Positions 52,970 to 61,518 of a stretch of 64,000 nt of DNA are shown here, piece by piece (position 1 is the first letter of the stretch; each line of letters opens with the position of its first letter). Both the position numbers and the translations under genes were made by a program. The DNA is taken from NCBI GenBank assembly GCA_034420195.1, contig DAOULO010000052.1, positions 323-64,322 of the forward strand. The letters are read 5' to 3'. Below the pieces are notes generated by a model that did not search any database, had not been told where the DNA came from, and saw nothing but the letters and a program-made list of their open reading frames with translations. Source of the stretch: Dehalococcoidales bacterium. Its GTDB lineage: Bacteria; Chloroflexota; Dehalococcoidia; Dehalococcoidales; RBG-16-60-22.

Positions 52970-54346
52970 GTGAACGACGTCAGGCTGCCGCCCAGCGATA
53001 GTGACGCCGAGGAAGCCGTTATCGGCGCGCTGCTCATTGACGGCACGTCCATCTTTCAGATTGCCGACTTCCTGCAGGCGGCCGATTTCTACGACGAGTC
53101 AAATCGCTGGCTCTACGAGGCTTGCCTGGCCCTCTACCAGCGCGACGAGGCCATCAACCAGGTCACCCTGGCGCAGGAGCTTTCGCGACAGGGGCGCCTG
53201 GAGGCCTGCGGCGGGGCCGCCCGCCTGAGCTATTTGATTTCCGTCTGTCCCACCTCGCTGGACATCGAGCACTACGCCCGCATCGTCTACCGCCTCTCGG
53301 TAATGCGCCAGATGATTGCCGCCGGCGAGCGCATCTCGGCCATCGGCTATGAGGCCGGGCCGGACGTAACCGACAGCCTGGCGCGGGCCGAGGGCGTGCT
53401 CTTCGGGCTGCGGCGCGGGCAGGCCGGCGGTGACCTGCTGCACATCCGCCAGGTGCTGGATAAATATTTCGAGGTGCCGCCGCCCCCGACCGAGGACCGG
53501 CCGGAGCGCCTGCCTTACGTCCTCTCCAGCTTCCCCGGCCTGGATGAGTTCCTGGACGGCTTCCAGCGCGCCGACCTGGTGATTATCGCCGGGCGGCCCA
53601 GCATGGGCAAGACCAGCCTGGCCCTCAATATCGCCCGCAACGCCTCCGTCGACCACCGCGCCTGCGTCGCCCTCTTCAGCCTGGAGATGGCGCGCGACTC
53701 CCTGGTGCAGCGCCTCCTCTCCAGCGAGTCCGGCGTCAATACCCGCCGGATACGCTTCGGGCAGCACACCGAGGACGAGGAGCGGCGGGTCATGGAGGCC
53801 ACCGGCATCCTCTCCGAGGCACCCGTTTACGTCGACGACACGCCGATGCTCCGCGTCGCCGAGATGCGCTCCAAGGCGCTCCGGCTCAACTACGAGCGCG
53901 GCGTCGATATGGTTATTGTCGACTACCTCCAGCTCATGGAGGGGGAGGGCCACCGCGGCGAGAACCGCGTCCAGGAAATCAGCTACATCTCCCGCACCCT
54001 CAAGGCCCTGGCCCGCGAGCTTGACGCCCCGGTGCTGGCGGTCTCCCAGCTCTCCCGTGCCGTGGAGTGGCGCGCCTCCCACGAGCCGCAGCTCTCCGAC
54101 CTCCGCGAGAGCGGCAGCATCGAGCAGGACGCCGACGTCGTCCTCTTTATCTACCGCGACGAGTATTACTACAAGACCGAGGAAGAGTGGCTGACGGCGC
54201 ACCCCGACCGGGAATATCCCCGCGAGGAGGCCGACGTCATTATCGCCAAGCACCGCAACGGCCCCACCGGCCGCATCAAGATGCGCTTCCGGCACAATCT
54301 GGCCCGGTTCGAGAGCCTGGGCAGCGTGGAGCCGACGATGCTATGA
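52970..54346 (+). CDS. dnaB: replicative DNA helicase DnaB
   Basis: AEEAVIGALL N-terminus, Walker A GRPSMGKTS, and IVDYLQLM. GTG start. Confidence 0.95.
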   Translation: MNDVRLPPSDSDAEEAVIGALLIDGTSIFQIADFLQAADFYDESNRWLYEACLALYQRDEAINQVTLAQELSRQGRLEACGGAARLSYLISVCPTSLDIEHYARIVYRLSVMRQMIAAGERISAIGYEAGPDVTDSLARAEGVLFGLRRGQAGGDLLHIRQVLDKYFEVPPPPTEDRPERLPYVLSSFPGLDEFLDGFQRADLVIIAGRPSMGKTSLALNIARNASVDHRACVALFSLEMARDSLVQRLLSSESGVNTRRIRFGQHTEDEERRVMEATGILSEAPVYVDDTPMLRVAEMRSKALRLNYERGVDMVIVDYLQLMEGEGHRGENRVQEISYISRTLKALARELDAPVLAVSQLSRAVEWRASHEPQLSDLRESGSIEQDADVVLFIYRDEYYYKTEEEWLTAHPDREYPREEADVIIAKHRNGPTGRIKMRFRHNLARFESLGSVEPTML

Positions 54347-55053
54347 CCAAGTTTCAGGGTTTTCCCACCCGGATGGAGTTCACCGCCGTCCCCAATCTCT
54401 TCTTCAGCGGCCTGCTCCCCCACGTCGACGACCTGGCCGAGCTGAAGACGACGCTGGCCGTCATCGCCGCCATTTATCGTAAAAAAGGCTCACCGCGCTA
54501 CGTGAGCTTGAGCGAGCTTAGGGGCGACGCCGCCCTGATGCAAGGACTTAAAAGTATCGGGAAAGAGCCGGAGGCGACGCTGGAGGCAGCTTTGAAAATG
54601 GCGGTGGGGCGGGGCACGCTGCTCCGCCTGGGACTGGAGGGGAAAGACGGCGCCGAGGAAGTCTATTTCCTCAACGACGCGCCGGGTAGGCAGGCGGTAG
54701 CTAAAATTGAAAGCGGGGAGATTAAGCTCGGCGGGATGAAGGCGGTGCGGCCGGTAGAAACGACCGGGGAGCCGCCGGATATCTTCACCCTTTATGAGGA
54801 GAACATCGGCCTGCTGACGCCAATGGTGGCCGACGAGCTAAAACTGACCGAAAAGACCTATCCCGCCGCCTGGCTGCGCGATGCCATCAAAGAAGCGGTT
54901 TTACATAACAAGAGAAACATCAGGTATATCACCAAGATTTTAGAGAACTGGTCGGCGGAAGGCCGGAGCGATGGAACACATCAGCGAGATACTCAAAAGG
55001 CAGACCCGGACAAGTACATCAAAGGCAAATACGGGCACATGGTCCGCCGCTGA
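54343..55053 (+). CDS. dnaD: DnaD-domain replication initiation/primosome protein
   Basis: C-terminal FTLYEENIGLLTPMVADEL...IKEAVLHNKRNIRYITKILENW matches the DnaD/DnaB_2 domain. ATG 54343 overlaps the dnaB stop (ATGA); the upstream part of track ORF 54067 is rejected. Confidence 0.75.
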   Translation: MTKFQGFPTRMEFTAVPNLFFSGLLPHVDDLAELKTTLAVIAAIYRKKGSPRYVSLSELRGDAALMQGLKSIGKEPEATLEAALKMAVGRGTLLRLGLEGKDGAEEVYFLNDAPGRQAVAKIESGEIKLGGMKAVRPVETTGEPPDIFTLYEENIGLLTPMVADELKLTEKTYPAAWLRDAIKEAVLHNKRNIRYITKILENWSAEGRSDGTHQRDTQKADPDKYIKGKYGHMVRR

Positions 55054-56386
55054 GGCGGACGAAGCGCCCCCCGCCTCCCCGGAATGCCCCGTCTGCAAGG
55101 GGGCCGGTATCGTGCATCCCCGCCTGCCCTCCGGCGAGCCGGACTACAGCCGGGCCGTCCCCTGCCGCTGCACCAAAAAAGAGCAGAAGGGCGAGCGCCA
55201 GGAGCGGCTGAAACGCTACAGCAATCTTGGCTCCTTGGTGCGCTTTACCTTCGCCAATCTGGAGCCGCGCGGCAAGAGCGGCCATCCCCGCGCCCAGGAG
55301 CAGTTCCAGCGCGCCTGCGAGGCCGCCAAGGCCTTCGCCAGCGAACCCAAAGGCTGGCTGGTGCTGGGCGGCCCCAGCGGCAGCGGCAAGACCCACCTGG
55401 CGGCGGCCATCGTCAACGAGACCATCAGCCGGGGCCAGCCGGCCCTGTATATCACCGCCCCCGACCTGCTCGACCGCCTGCGCGCCTCCTTTGGCCCTGA
55501 CAGCGAGACCCCCTACGACGAGTTCTTCGAATCGGTGCGCGCCGCCCCTCTGCTCGTCCTCGACGACCTGGGGGCGCAGTCGGGCACGCCCTGGGCGCGC
55601 GAGAAGCTCGACCAGCTACTGACCTCGCGCTTCAACAGCGAGCTGCCGACGGTCATCGTCACCGTTAAGCCCGTTGAGGAGATGGAAGAGCGGCTGCGCA
55701 CCCGCCTCACCGACCCGCGCCTCTCGCAGGTATACATCCTCGAAGAAGATAAACCCACCGAGGAGTACGCCTGGGGGCCTGAGTTCGCCCTGCAGAAGGG
55801 GATGACCTTCGCCAGCTTCGACCGGCGACGTAACCTGCCCCCGGAGCAGCAGGAGAACCTGGACTGGGCGCTGGAGGCCGCCCTGAATTTCGCCAAGAAC
55901 CCGGAGGGATGGCTGGTGTTTATGGGCTTTACCGGCAGCGGCAAGACCCACCTGGCGGCGGCCATCGTCAACTACCGCTACGAAGCCGGCCAGCCCGCCC
56001 TCTTCGTGGTGGTGCCTGAGTTCCTCGACCACCTGCGCTCCACCTTCGGCCCGGAGAGCAAGGTCTCCTACGACGAGCTTTTCGAGAGCGTCAAGACGGC
56101 GCCGCTATTGGTGCTGGACGACTTCGGCGAGCAGTCCACCACGCCCTGGGCCAAGGAGAAGCTCTACCAGGTGCTCAACTACCGCTATAACGGGCGGCTG
56201 CCCACGGTGATTACCACCCGGCACTCGCTGGATGAAATCATCGAGAAGTTCGATAGCCCGGTCTCTTCGCGGCTGGCCGATAAGAGCATCAGTGTGCCTT
56301 TCAACATCACCGCGCCCGATTACCGCAGCGACGTGACCCACAACCGCAAGAAGACTTCTTCCAGCCGGAAGAGCAAGAGGTATTAG
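54971..56386 (+). CDS. helicase-loader ATPase with two tandem DnaC/DnaI-type AAA+ modules and an N-terminal Cys4 element
   Basis: Module 1 (about 55223-55744): GGPSGSGKTHLAAAIVN...LLVLDDLG. Module 2 (about 55802-56305): GFTGSGKTHLAAAIVN...LLVLDDFG. N-terminal CPVCKGAG...CRC. The only ATG start overlaps dnaD by 83 nt. Confidence 0.8.
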   Translation: MEHISEILKRQTRTSTSKANTGTWSAAEADEAPPASPECPVCKGAGIVHPRLPSGEPDYSRAVPCRCTKKEQKGERQERLKRYSNLGSLVRFTFANLEPRGKSGHPRAQEQFQRACEAAKAFASEPKGWLVLGGPSGSGKTHLAAAIVNETISRGQPALYITAPDLLDRLRASFGPDSETPYDEFFESVRAAPLLVLDDLGAQSGTPWAREKLDQLLTSRFNSELPTVIVTVKPVEEMEERLRTRLTDPRLSQVYILEEDKPTEEYAWGPEFALQKGMTFASFDRRRNLPPEQQENLDWALEAALNFAKNPEGWLVFMGFTGSGKTHLAAAIVNYRYEAGQPALFVVVPEFLDHLRSTFGPESKVSYDELFESVKTAPLLVLDDFGEQSTTPWAKEKLYQVLNYRYNGRLPTVITTRHSLDEIIEKFDSPVSSRLADKSISVPFNITAPDYRSDVTHNRKKTSSSRKSKRY

Positions 56387-56399
56387 TCAAGGGGAGCTT

Positions 56400-56478
56400 A
56401 GCCACCCCTCTGCCCCGCCTCTCGGAGTAATCTATTCCCACCCAAGCCGCCCTCGGCGCACCCACGGCTTATCCCGGA
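56400..56478 (-). repeat. intergenic repeat, short singlet
   Basis: CTCGGAGTAATCTATTCCCACCCAAGCCGCCCTCGGCGCACCCACGGCTTATCCCGGAG; core at 56427-56443. Lies between convergent genes. Confidence 0.85.
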
Positions 56479-56481
56479 GTT

Positions 56482-57144
56482 CTATCCCTTCCCCTCTTTG
56501 AAAGAGAGCGCCCCGGTCGGGCAGGCCGCCACGCAGACGCTGCAGTCCAGGCAGCGCTCCGCCCCGATGGGCTCGTCGCCGAAGGTGGTCAGCCGCCGCT
56601 CGAAGCCGCGGTGGGCGAACCCCAGCACACCGGACTTTATATCCCGCCGGCAGGCCCAGACGCAGCGCCCGCAGAGGACGCACTTGTTGGGGTCGTAGGT
56701 GAAGAGGGGGTTGGAGTCGTCCACGGGCAGTTCCCGCAGCAGGACGCGGAATTGCTTTGGCTTGAGCTTGCAGCCGAGGACTTGAGCAATCTTCTGTAGC
56801 TCGCATTTTTTATTGGCCGGGCAGTGGGCGCAGTCCAGCGCGTGCGAGGCCATGAGCAGGTCGAAGCCGGTGCGGGCCAGCGCCAGGGCCCTTTCGCCGC
56901 GCGTGTTGACCACCATGCCTTCGCTGACGGTCGCGGTGCAGGCGGTCACCGGTGCTTCCTTCCCGGCTATCTCCACGAAGCAAAGGCGGCAGGAGGCGCT
57001 CGGCTCGGGCTTATCGGCGATATGGCAGAGGTTGGGGATGTAGATACCGTTGGCCAGCGCCGCCGCCAGGACACTCGTGCCCGCGGGCGCGGTGACTTTC
57101 TTCCCGTCGATGGTAAGCGTTATGGTCTCTTTATTTACCGTCAT
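56482..57144 (-). CDS. Fe-S protein resembling only the N-terminal part of NuoG/HydA ([2Fe-2S] + His-ligated and 2x[4Fe-4S]); no catalytic domain
   Basis: 220 aa; TIDGKKVTA...CRLCFVEI...C (2Fe-2S), HALDCAHCPANKKC, CVLCGRCVWAC, CLDCSVCVAACP. Ends directly after the last cluster. Confidence 0.8.
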   Translation of the reverse strand: MTVNKETITLTIDGKKVTAPAGTSVLAAALANGIYIPNLCHIADKPEPSASCRLCFVEIAGKEAPVTACTATVSEGMVVNTRGERALALARTGFDLLMASHALDCAHCPANKKCELQKIAQVLGCKLKPKQFRVLLRELPVDDSNPLFTYDPNKCVLCGRCVWACRRDIKSGVLGFAHRGFERRLTTFGDEPIGAERCLDCSVCVAACPTGALSFKEGKG

Positions 57145-57145
57145 A

Positions 57146-59074
57146 TCACTGTTTTGACTTTTGAGCCTTGACCTTTGAGCCGTTATCCGGCACCTCGCTG
57201 GGCGGCGAGAATTTCATAATGGCGTTATACTGCGGCGGGCAGGCGGCCAGGCAGGTGCCGCACTTGACGCATTTCTCCGGGTCGATGACCTTGATGCGCT
57301 TTTTGTTCGGCGAGATGGCCTCGACGGTGCAGGAGCCGACGCAGGCGTCGCAGGAGCGCTCGCACTTATCGGGCAGGATGTAGTAGGCGATGAGGTGCAG
57401 GCACATCAGGGCCGGGCAGCGCCCCAGCTCGATGTGCTCGCGGTACTCGTCGCGGAAGTAGCGCAGGGTGGTGAGGATGGGGTTGGGGGCCGTCGCGCCG
57501 AACTGGCAGAGCGAGCCGGCCTTGACGTCGGCGGCCAGCTTTTCCAGCGTGTCCAGGTCTTCTATTTTGCCCTGCCCCTGGGTGAATTCGGTGAGGGTCT
57601 CCAGCATCTGCTTGGTGCCCAGGCGGCAGAAGGTGCACTTGCCGCAGGACTCGCGCTGGGTGAACTCCAGGAAATAGCGGGCGATTTCTACCATGCAGTC
57701 GTCCTCGTCGAGCACGACCATGCCGCCGGAGCCCATCATCGCCCCGGCTTCCCGCAGCGACTGGAAATCGACGGGTAAATCCAGGGCGCTTTCGGGCAGG
57801 CAGCCGCCGGAGGGCCCGCCGATTTGCACCGCCTTGAACTTTTTACCCTTGGGGATGCCGCTGCCCGCCTCGAAGATAATCTGCCGCAGGGTGGTGCCCA
57901 TGGGCACCTCCACCAGCCCGGTATTGACTACCTTGCCGGCCAGGGCGAAGACGGCCGTGCCGGGGCTCTCCGGCGTGCCGATGCCTTTAAACCATACTGC
58001 CCCCCGCCCGATGATGTGGCGCACGTAGGCCAGCGTCTTGACGTTATTAACGACGGTGGGCTGGCCGTCGAGGCCGCGTGTGGCCGGGTAGGGCGGGCGG
58101 TGGCGGGGCATGCCCGACCGGCCTTCCAACGAGGCGATGAGGGCCGTCTCCTCGCCGCAGACGAAGGCCCCCGAGCCCTGAAAGAGCGTAATATCAAAGC
58201 TGAAATCCGTCCCCAGGATATTTTCGCCCAGTAGGTTGAGCTTTTCGGCCTGTTCAAGGGCCGTTTCCAGCCTCTCGACCGCTAAGGGGTACTCGGCGCG
58301 GACGTAGATGTAGCCCTGGCGCGCCCCGACAGCGTAAGCGGCGATGATAATCCCCTCGATGACGGAGTGGGGGTCGCTCTCCAGGATGGCGCGGTCCATG
58401 AAGGCGCCGGGGTCGCCTTCGTCGGCGTTGCAGACAATGTACCGGGTATGACCGGGGGCCTCGCGGCAGGTCTGCCATTTCTGGCCGGTGGGGAAACCGG
58501 CCCCGCCCCGGCCGCGTAATCCGGAGTCGGCGACTTCCTTAATAACGGTTTCCGGGGTCGTGTCGAGGGCCTTGGCTAAAGACTCGTAGCCCCCGGTGGC
58601 GATGGCGTGCTCGATATCCGTCGGGTCAATGTGGCCGCAGTTAGCCAGGATGATTTTTTGCTCGTACTGGGCGCGGGGGAAGTCGCCGAAGCTGGGCAGG
58701 AGGTCGTTGGCCTCCAGCGCCGCCAGGACGAACTCGGGGCATGGGTTATCGCCCAGGATGAACTCCTTGACCAATCGCTCGGCGATGACGGGGTTGACGT
58801 AGCCGTAGGCTATCGGCGGGTAGCCGGGCTTGGCGATGATAACGAGGGGCTCAGCGTAGCAGTGGCCGATGCAGCCCACCTCAATGACGGGCACGTCCAG
58901 TTCGCGCTTCTTTATTTCGTCGCGGAAGGCAGCCAGCACCTCTAGGGCCCCGGCGGCCCGCCCGCAGGTGGCGGCCCCCACCATGACCACCGTCCCGTCA
59001 CGGCTCGCTGGCCAGCGGGCCACGGCGTGCTCCTTAAGCGCCGCAAAGGCGGCCGCCGCTTTAGCCTGCTTCAC
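57146..59074 (-). CDS. NuoF/HydB-like NAD(P)H-binding flavoprotein with N-terminal thioredoxin-like and C-terminal 2x[4Fe-4S] domains
   Basis: 642 aa; GRGGAGFPTGQKW (FMN/NADH), SCGKCTFCR (N3 cluster), and C-terminal CDACVGSC...CVKCGTCLAACP. Confidence 0.88.
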   Translation of the reverse strand: MKQAKAAAAFAALKEHAVARWPASRDGTVVMVGAATCGRAAGALEVLAAFRDEIKKRELDVPVIEVGCIGHCYAEPLVIIAKPGYPPIAYGYVNPVIAERLVKEFILGDNPCPEFVLAALEANDLLPSFGDFPRAQYEQKIILANCGHIDPTDIEHAIATGGYESLAKALDTTPETVIKEVADSGLRGRGGAGFPTGQKWQTCREAPGHTRYIVCNADEGDPGAFMDRAILESDPHSVIEGIIIAAYAVGARQGYIYVRAEYPLAVERLETALEQAEKLNLLGENILGTDFSFDITLFQGSGAFVCGEETALIASLEGRSGMPRHRPPYPATRGLDGQPTVVNNVKTLAYVRHIIGRGAVWFKGIGTPESPGTAVFALAGKVVNTGLVEVPMGTTLRQIIFEAGSGIPKGKKFKAVQIGGPSGGCLPESALDLPVDFQSLREAGAMMGSGGMVVLDEDDCMVEIARYFLEFTQRESCGKCTFCRLGTKQMLETLTEFTQGQGKIEDLDTLEKLAADVKAGSLCQFGATAPNPILTTLRYFRDEYREHIELGRCPALMCLHLIAYYILPDKCERSCDACVGSCTVEAISPNKKRIKVIDPEKCVKCGTCLAACPPQYNAIMKFSPPSEVPDNGSKVKAQKSKQ

Positions 59075-59594
59075 CTTTTCCCTTTGCTTTCGCCTGGCGC
59101 TCGTTCTCGAAGGCCAGCAGGATGCCGTCGACGCGGGTAGGTTCCACCTGGCCCTCCGGCTTCTCGTCGACGACGGTCACCGGGGCCATCGTGCAGCAGC
59201 CGACGCAGGCCACCGTGTCCAGGTCGAACTCGCGGTCGGGGGTCGTCTGGCGGGGGTCTATCTTGAGGCGGCGCTTCCAGGCGTCCAGGGTGATGTGGCC
59301 GCCCTTCATATGGCAGGCGGTGCCCAGGCAGACGCGGATGGAGTGGCGGCCCGGCGGGTTGAGGCGGAACTGGTTATAGAAGGTGACCACGCCGTAGACA
59401 TCGATAGCGGGGATATCTAGGTAGGTGGCAATCTCGGTCATGGCCGGGCGCGGCAGGTAGCCGAGCTTGCCCTGGACTTTTTGCAGGATGGGGATGAGGT
59501 TGTGCCGCTTTTTATTGAAGCCGCCGAGAATCCGCCGGGCGGTCCCGGCGAGCTTTTTGCTTTCGTTTTGAGGGGGTTTCTTTGTTTTTGTCAT
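59061..59594 (-). CDS. NuoE/HydC-like [2Fe-2S] thioredoxin-fold subunit
   Basis: 177 aa; CLGTACHMKG...CVGCCTMAP cluster motif. Overlaps the NuoF-like gene by 14 nt. Confidence 0.88.
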   Translation of the reverse strand: MTKTKKPPQNESKKLAGTARRILGGFNKKRHNLIPILQKVQGKLGYLPRPAMTEIATYLDIPAIDVYGVVTFYNQFRLNPPGRHSIRVCLGTACHMKGGHITLDAWKRRLKIDPRQTTPDREFDLDTVACVGCCTMAPVTVVDEKPEGQVEPTRVDGILLAFENERQAKAKGKGEAG

Positions 59595-59620
59595 GGGATT
59601 TTTTAGGGGCTCCTAGTTCA

Positions 59621-59649
59621 ATTCTGGCGAAGCGGGGCGTATTTGTCAA
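59621..59649 (-). promoter_or_regulatory. candidate promoter (TTGACA-N17-CAGAAT) of the nuoEF-like operon
   Basis: Minus strand: TTGACA (59644-59649) and CAGAAT (59621-59626). The -35 sits at the edge of a repeat copy. Confidence 0.4.
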
Positions 59650-59890
59650 GGTATGGATATTAAGGGTGGGGGTTTTCCACCCCGAACCCCACCCCCGGTG
59701 GTTTTATTTCCCGCCCAACCCGCCCCGGGGCGTTTCCGGCTTATCCCGAAGATGAGTACCCCCATCCCCCGGTGGAGTGGGGATATACTTTCCTATGCTG
59801 GTGGGGTAAAGGAGGGATAGCTAGGGGCTAAGCAGTTGATGAGCCGAGGGCGGCAGGGTGGGAATAGATAACCCCGATGGGGTGGGGAGG
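59640..59890 (+). repeat. intergenic mosaic repeat, long foldback copy
   Basis: Left arm TATTTCCCGCCCAACCCGCC...CCGGCTTATCCCGAAG is an inverted short module. Right arm GGGGCTAAGCAGTTGATGAGCCGAGGGCGGCAGGGTGGGAATAGATAAC; core at 59856-59872. Confidence 0.85.
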
Positions 59891-59891
59891 G

Positions 59892-60548
59892 TCAAGCGCG
59901 CGGGCCGAAAATCTTGGAGCCGATTCTAACCAGATTGGCGCCTGCCTCGATGGCGACGCGGTAAGAATCGGTCATGCCCATGGAGAGGTATTGCATCGCC
60001 ACGCCGGGCAGCTTCAGCGCGGCGATTTCGTCGAAGAGCTTCTTCGTCAGGGCAAAGTAGGGTCGGTATTCCTCCGCGGTGGCGAGGAGCGGCCCCATCG
60101 TCATCAGCCCCATGATGCGGATATTGGAGAGCGATGCAATCTCGGCAATCAGCTTGGCGGCGTCCTTCGGCAGGACCCCCGCCTTGGCCGGCTCGCGCCC
60201 GCTGTTGACCTCGATGAGTACCGGCATCTGCTTGCCGATTTGGGCGCACCTTTTATCAATCTCGACGGCGAGGGCGAACGAGTCCACCGTCTCAATCATG
60301 TCGAAGAGGGCGACGGCCTTTTTGACCTTGTTGCGCTGGAGTTGGCCGATAAAGTGCCAGGCGGCCTTATCACCGATGGCGGCGCGGGCCCTTTCCGCCT
60401 CCTGGACGTAGTTCTGGCCGATAATACTGATGCCGGCGGTGATGGCCTCGGCGATTTCACGGGGTTCACGGGTCTTGGCGGCGGCCTCCAGCCGCACACC
60501 AAGAGGCAGCTCATCGAGCAGCCGCCGCACGTTCTGCGTAATCGTCAC
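59892..60548 (-). CDS. yggS: YggS-family pyridoxal-phosphate homeostasis protein
   Basis: 218 aa; AAAKTREP (Lys-PLP region), HFIGQLQRNK and SMGMT motifs. Confidence 0.9.
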   Translation of the reverse strand: MTITQNVRRLLDELPLGVRLEAAAKTREPREIAEAITAGISIIGQNYVQEAERARAAIGDKAAWHFIGQLQRNKVKKAVALFDMIETVDSFALAVEIDKRCAQIGKQMPVLIEVNSGREPAKAGVLPKDAAKLIAEIASLSNIRIMGLMTMGPLLATAEEYRPYFALTKKLFDEIAALKLPGVAMQYLSMGMTDSYRVAIEAGANLVRIGSKIFGPRA

Positions 60549-60564
60549 GGTTGGCCCGGCCCTA

Positions 60565-60840
60565 TTACTGGCCGGCCTGCTCGATGGCCTGGATTTGTTG
60601 CTCCAGGACGCTCTGCTGGTACTCGGCGTATTCCCTCAGATATTGTTCCAGGCTCTCCGCCAGGGCCTGCTGGTATTCTTGCTGCGCCTGTTGATCGGCC
60701 TCGTACACCTGCTGGAGGTACTCGTAATACGCCTCGTTATACTTCTCCTCCTTGGACTTGCCGCCGAAGAGGTTGCAGGCCGATAGCGCCGGCAGGGTCA
60801 CCAGTATCATCGCCAGGACGACCACTTGCCACAATCTCAT
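60565..60840 (-). CDS. small lipoprotein, Gln/Glu/Tyr-rich
   Basis: MRLWQVVVLAMILVTLPALSAC lipobox. Start at ATG 60840 with GGAGG 6 nt upstream; the track start at 60909 is rejected. Confidence 0.65.
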   Translation of the reverse strand: MRLWQVVVLAMILVTLPALSACNLFGGKSKEEKYNEAYYEYLQQVYEADQQAQQEYQQALAESLEQYLREYAEYQQSVLEQQIQAIEQAGQ

Positions 60841-60977
60841 CTCTAGCCTCCTGTTAGTCCGTCTCGGTTTTTCGCCCGGAAAGACGCCCGTACTCCTATT
60901 ATAGACCATTTACCGGCGGTCATTTCAAGGGGGTAAGCGGGTAAAATGGCGGAGATGGCCAAGCGAGGGGGATGCGG

Positions 60978-61346
60978 CTACTGGCGGTTGACGGGCTGCT
61001 CACGGCCCTTGGCGGCGGGTTTGCCGGGCTTCGCTTGGGCCAGCTCCGCCTGGGCGCTGATGCGGATGACGCGGATATCCGCCAGTATCTTTTGTATCTC
61101 GTCGCTGGCCTTGCGGATGAGCTCTTCGATGTCCCGCTGGTTGGCCAGCCGTGTGCGCAGGGTAAGCTGCTGGGCGTCGCTCCCGGCGCCGGTTTCGGGC
61201 CGGTATTTCCGGGCCTCCGCCTTCATCTGGCGGGCCAGCTCCAGCTCGCGCTCGGCGCTCTGGCGCAGCCGCTGCACCCTGGCCGCCGCCTCCTTGAGGC
61301 CGCTGAAGGCTTCCTCAAGGCTGCGCAGGGTGGTCGTCTCTTTCAT
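60978..61346 (-). CDS. hypothetical coiled-coil protein
   Basis: 122 aa, charged heptad-like sequence. No family recognised. Confidence 0.5.
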   Translation of the reverse strand: MKETTTLRSLEEAFSGLKEAAARVQRLRQSAERELELARQMKAEARKYRPETGAGSDAQQLTLRTRLANQRDIEELIRKASDEIQKILADIRVIRISAQAELAQAKPGKPAAKGREQPVNRQ

Positions 61347-61518
61347 ACTATATAGATATTACATCCCCGGGAGACTGGAGCGGAGATAGGTATCACCTAT
61401 TGTTTATGGGTGTCGCCCCCTAACTTTAAGGGCTAGCGGCGCGGCGGTAATTGTAGCGGGTACTGTGTTAAAATTGAACCATGAATCATTGTACCCGCAA
61501 GGAGGAAAAACAAAAGCC

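Noticed and set aside
54067-54342. N-terminal 92 codons of track ORF 54067-55053, overlapping the 3' end of dnaB.
   Set aside because: The Arg/Pro-rich translation overlaps the well-supported dnaB frame. The DnaD-like sequence begins at ATG 54343, which forms an ATGA junction with the dnaB stop.
3871-59872. Possibility that the recurring 17-mer and its flanks are a CRISPR array.
   Set aside because: Copies are kilobases apart, occur in both orientations, and are separated by normal genes. There is no regular repeat-spacer periodicity and no cas genes.
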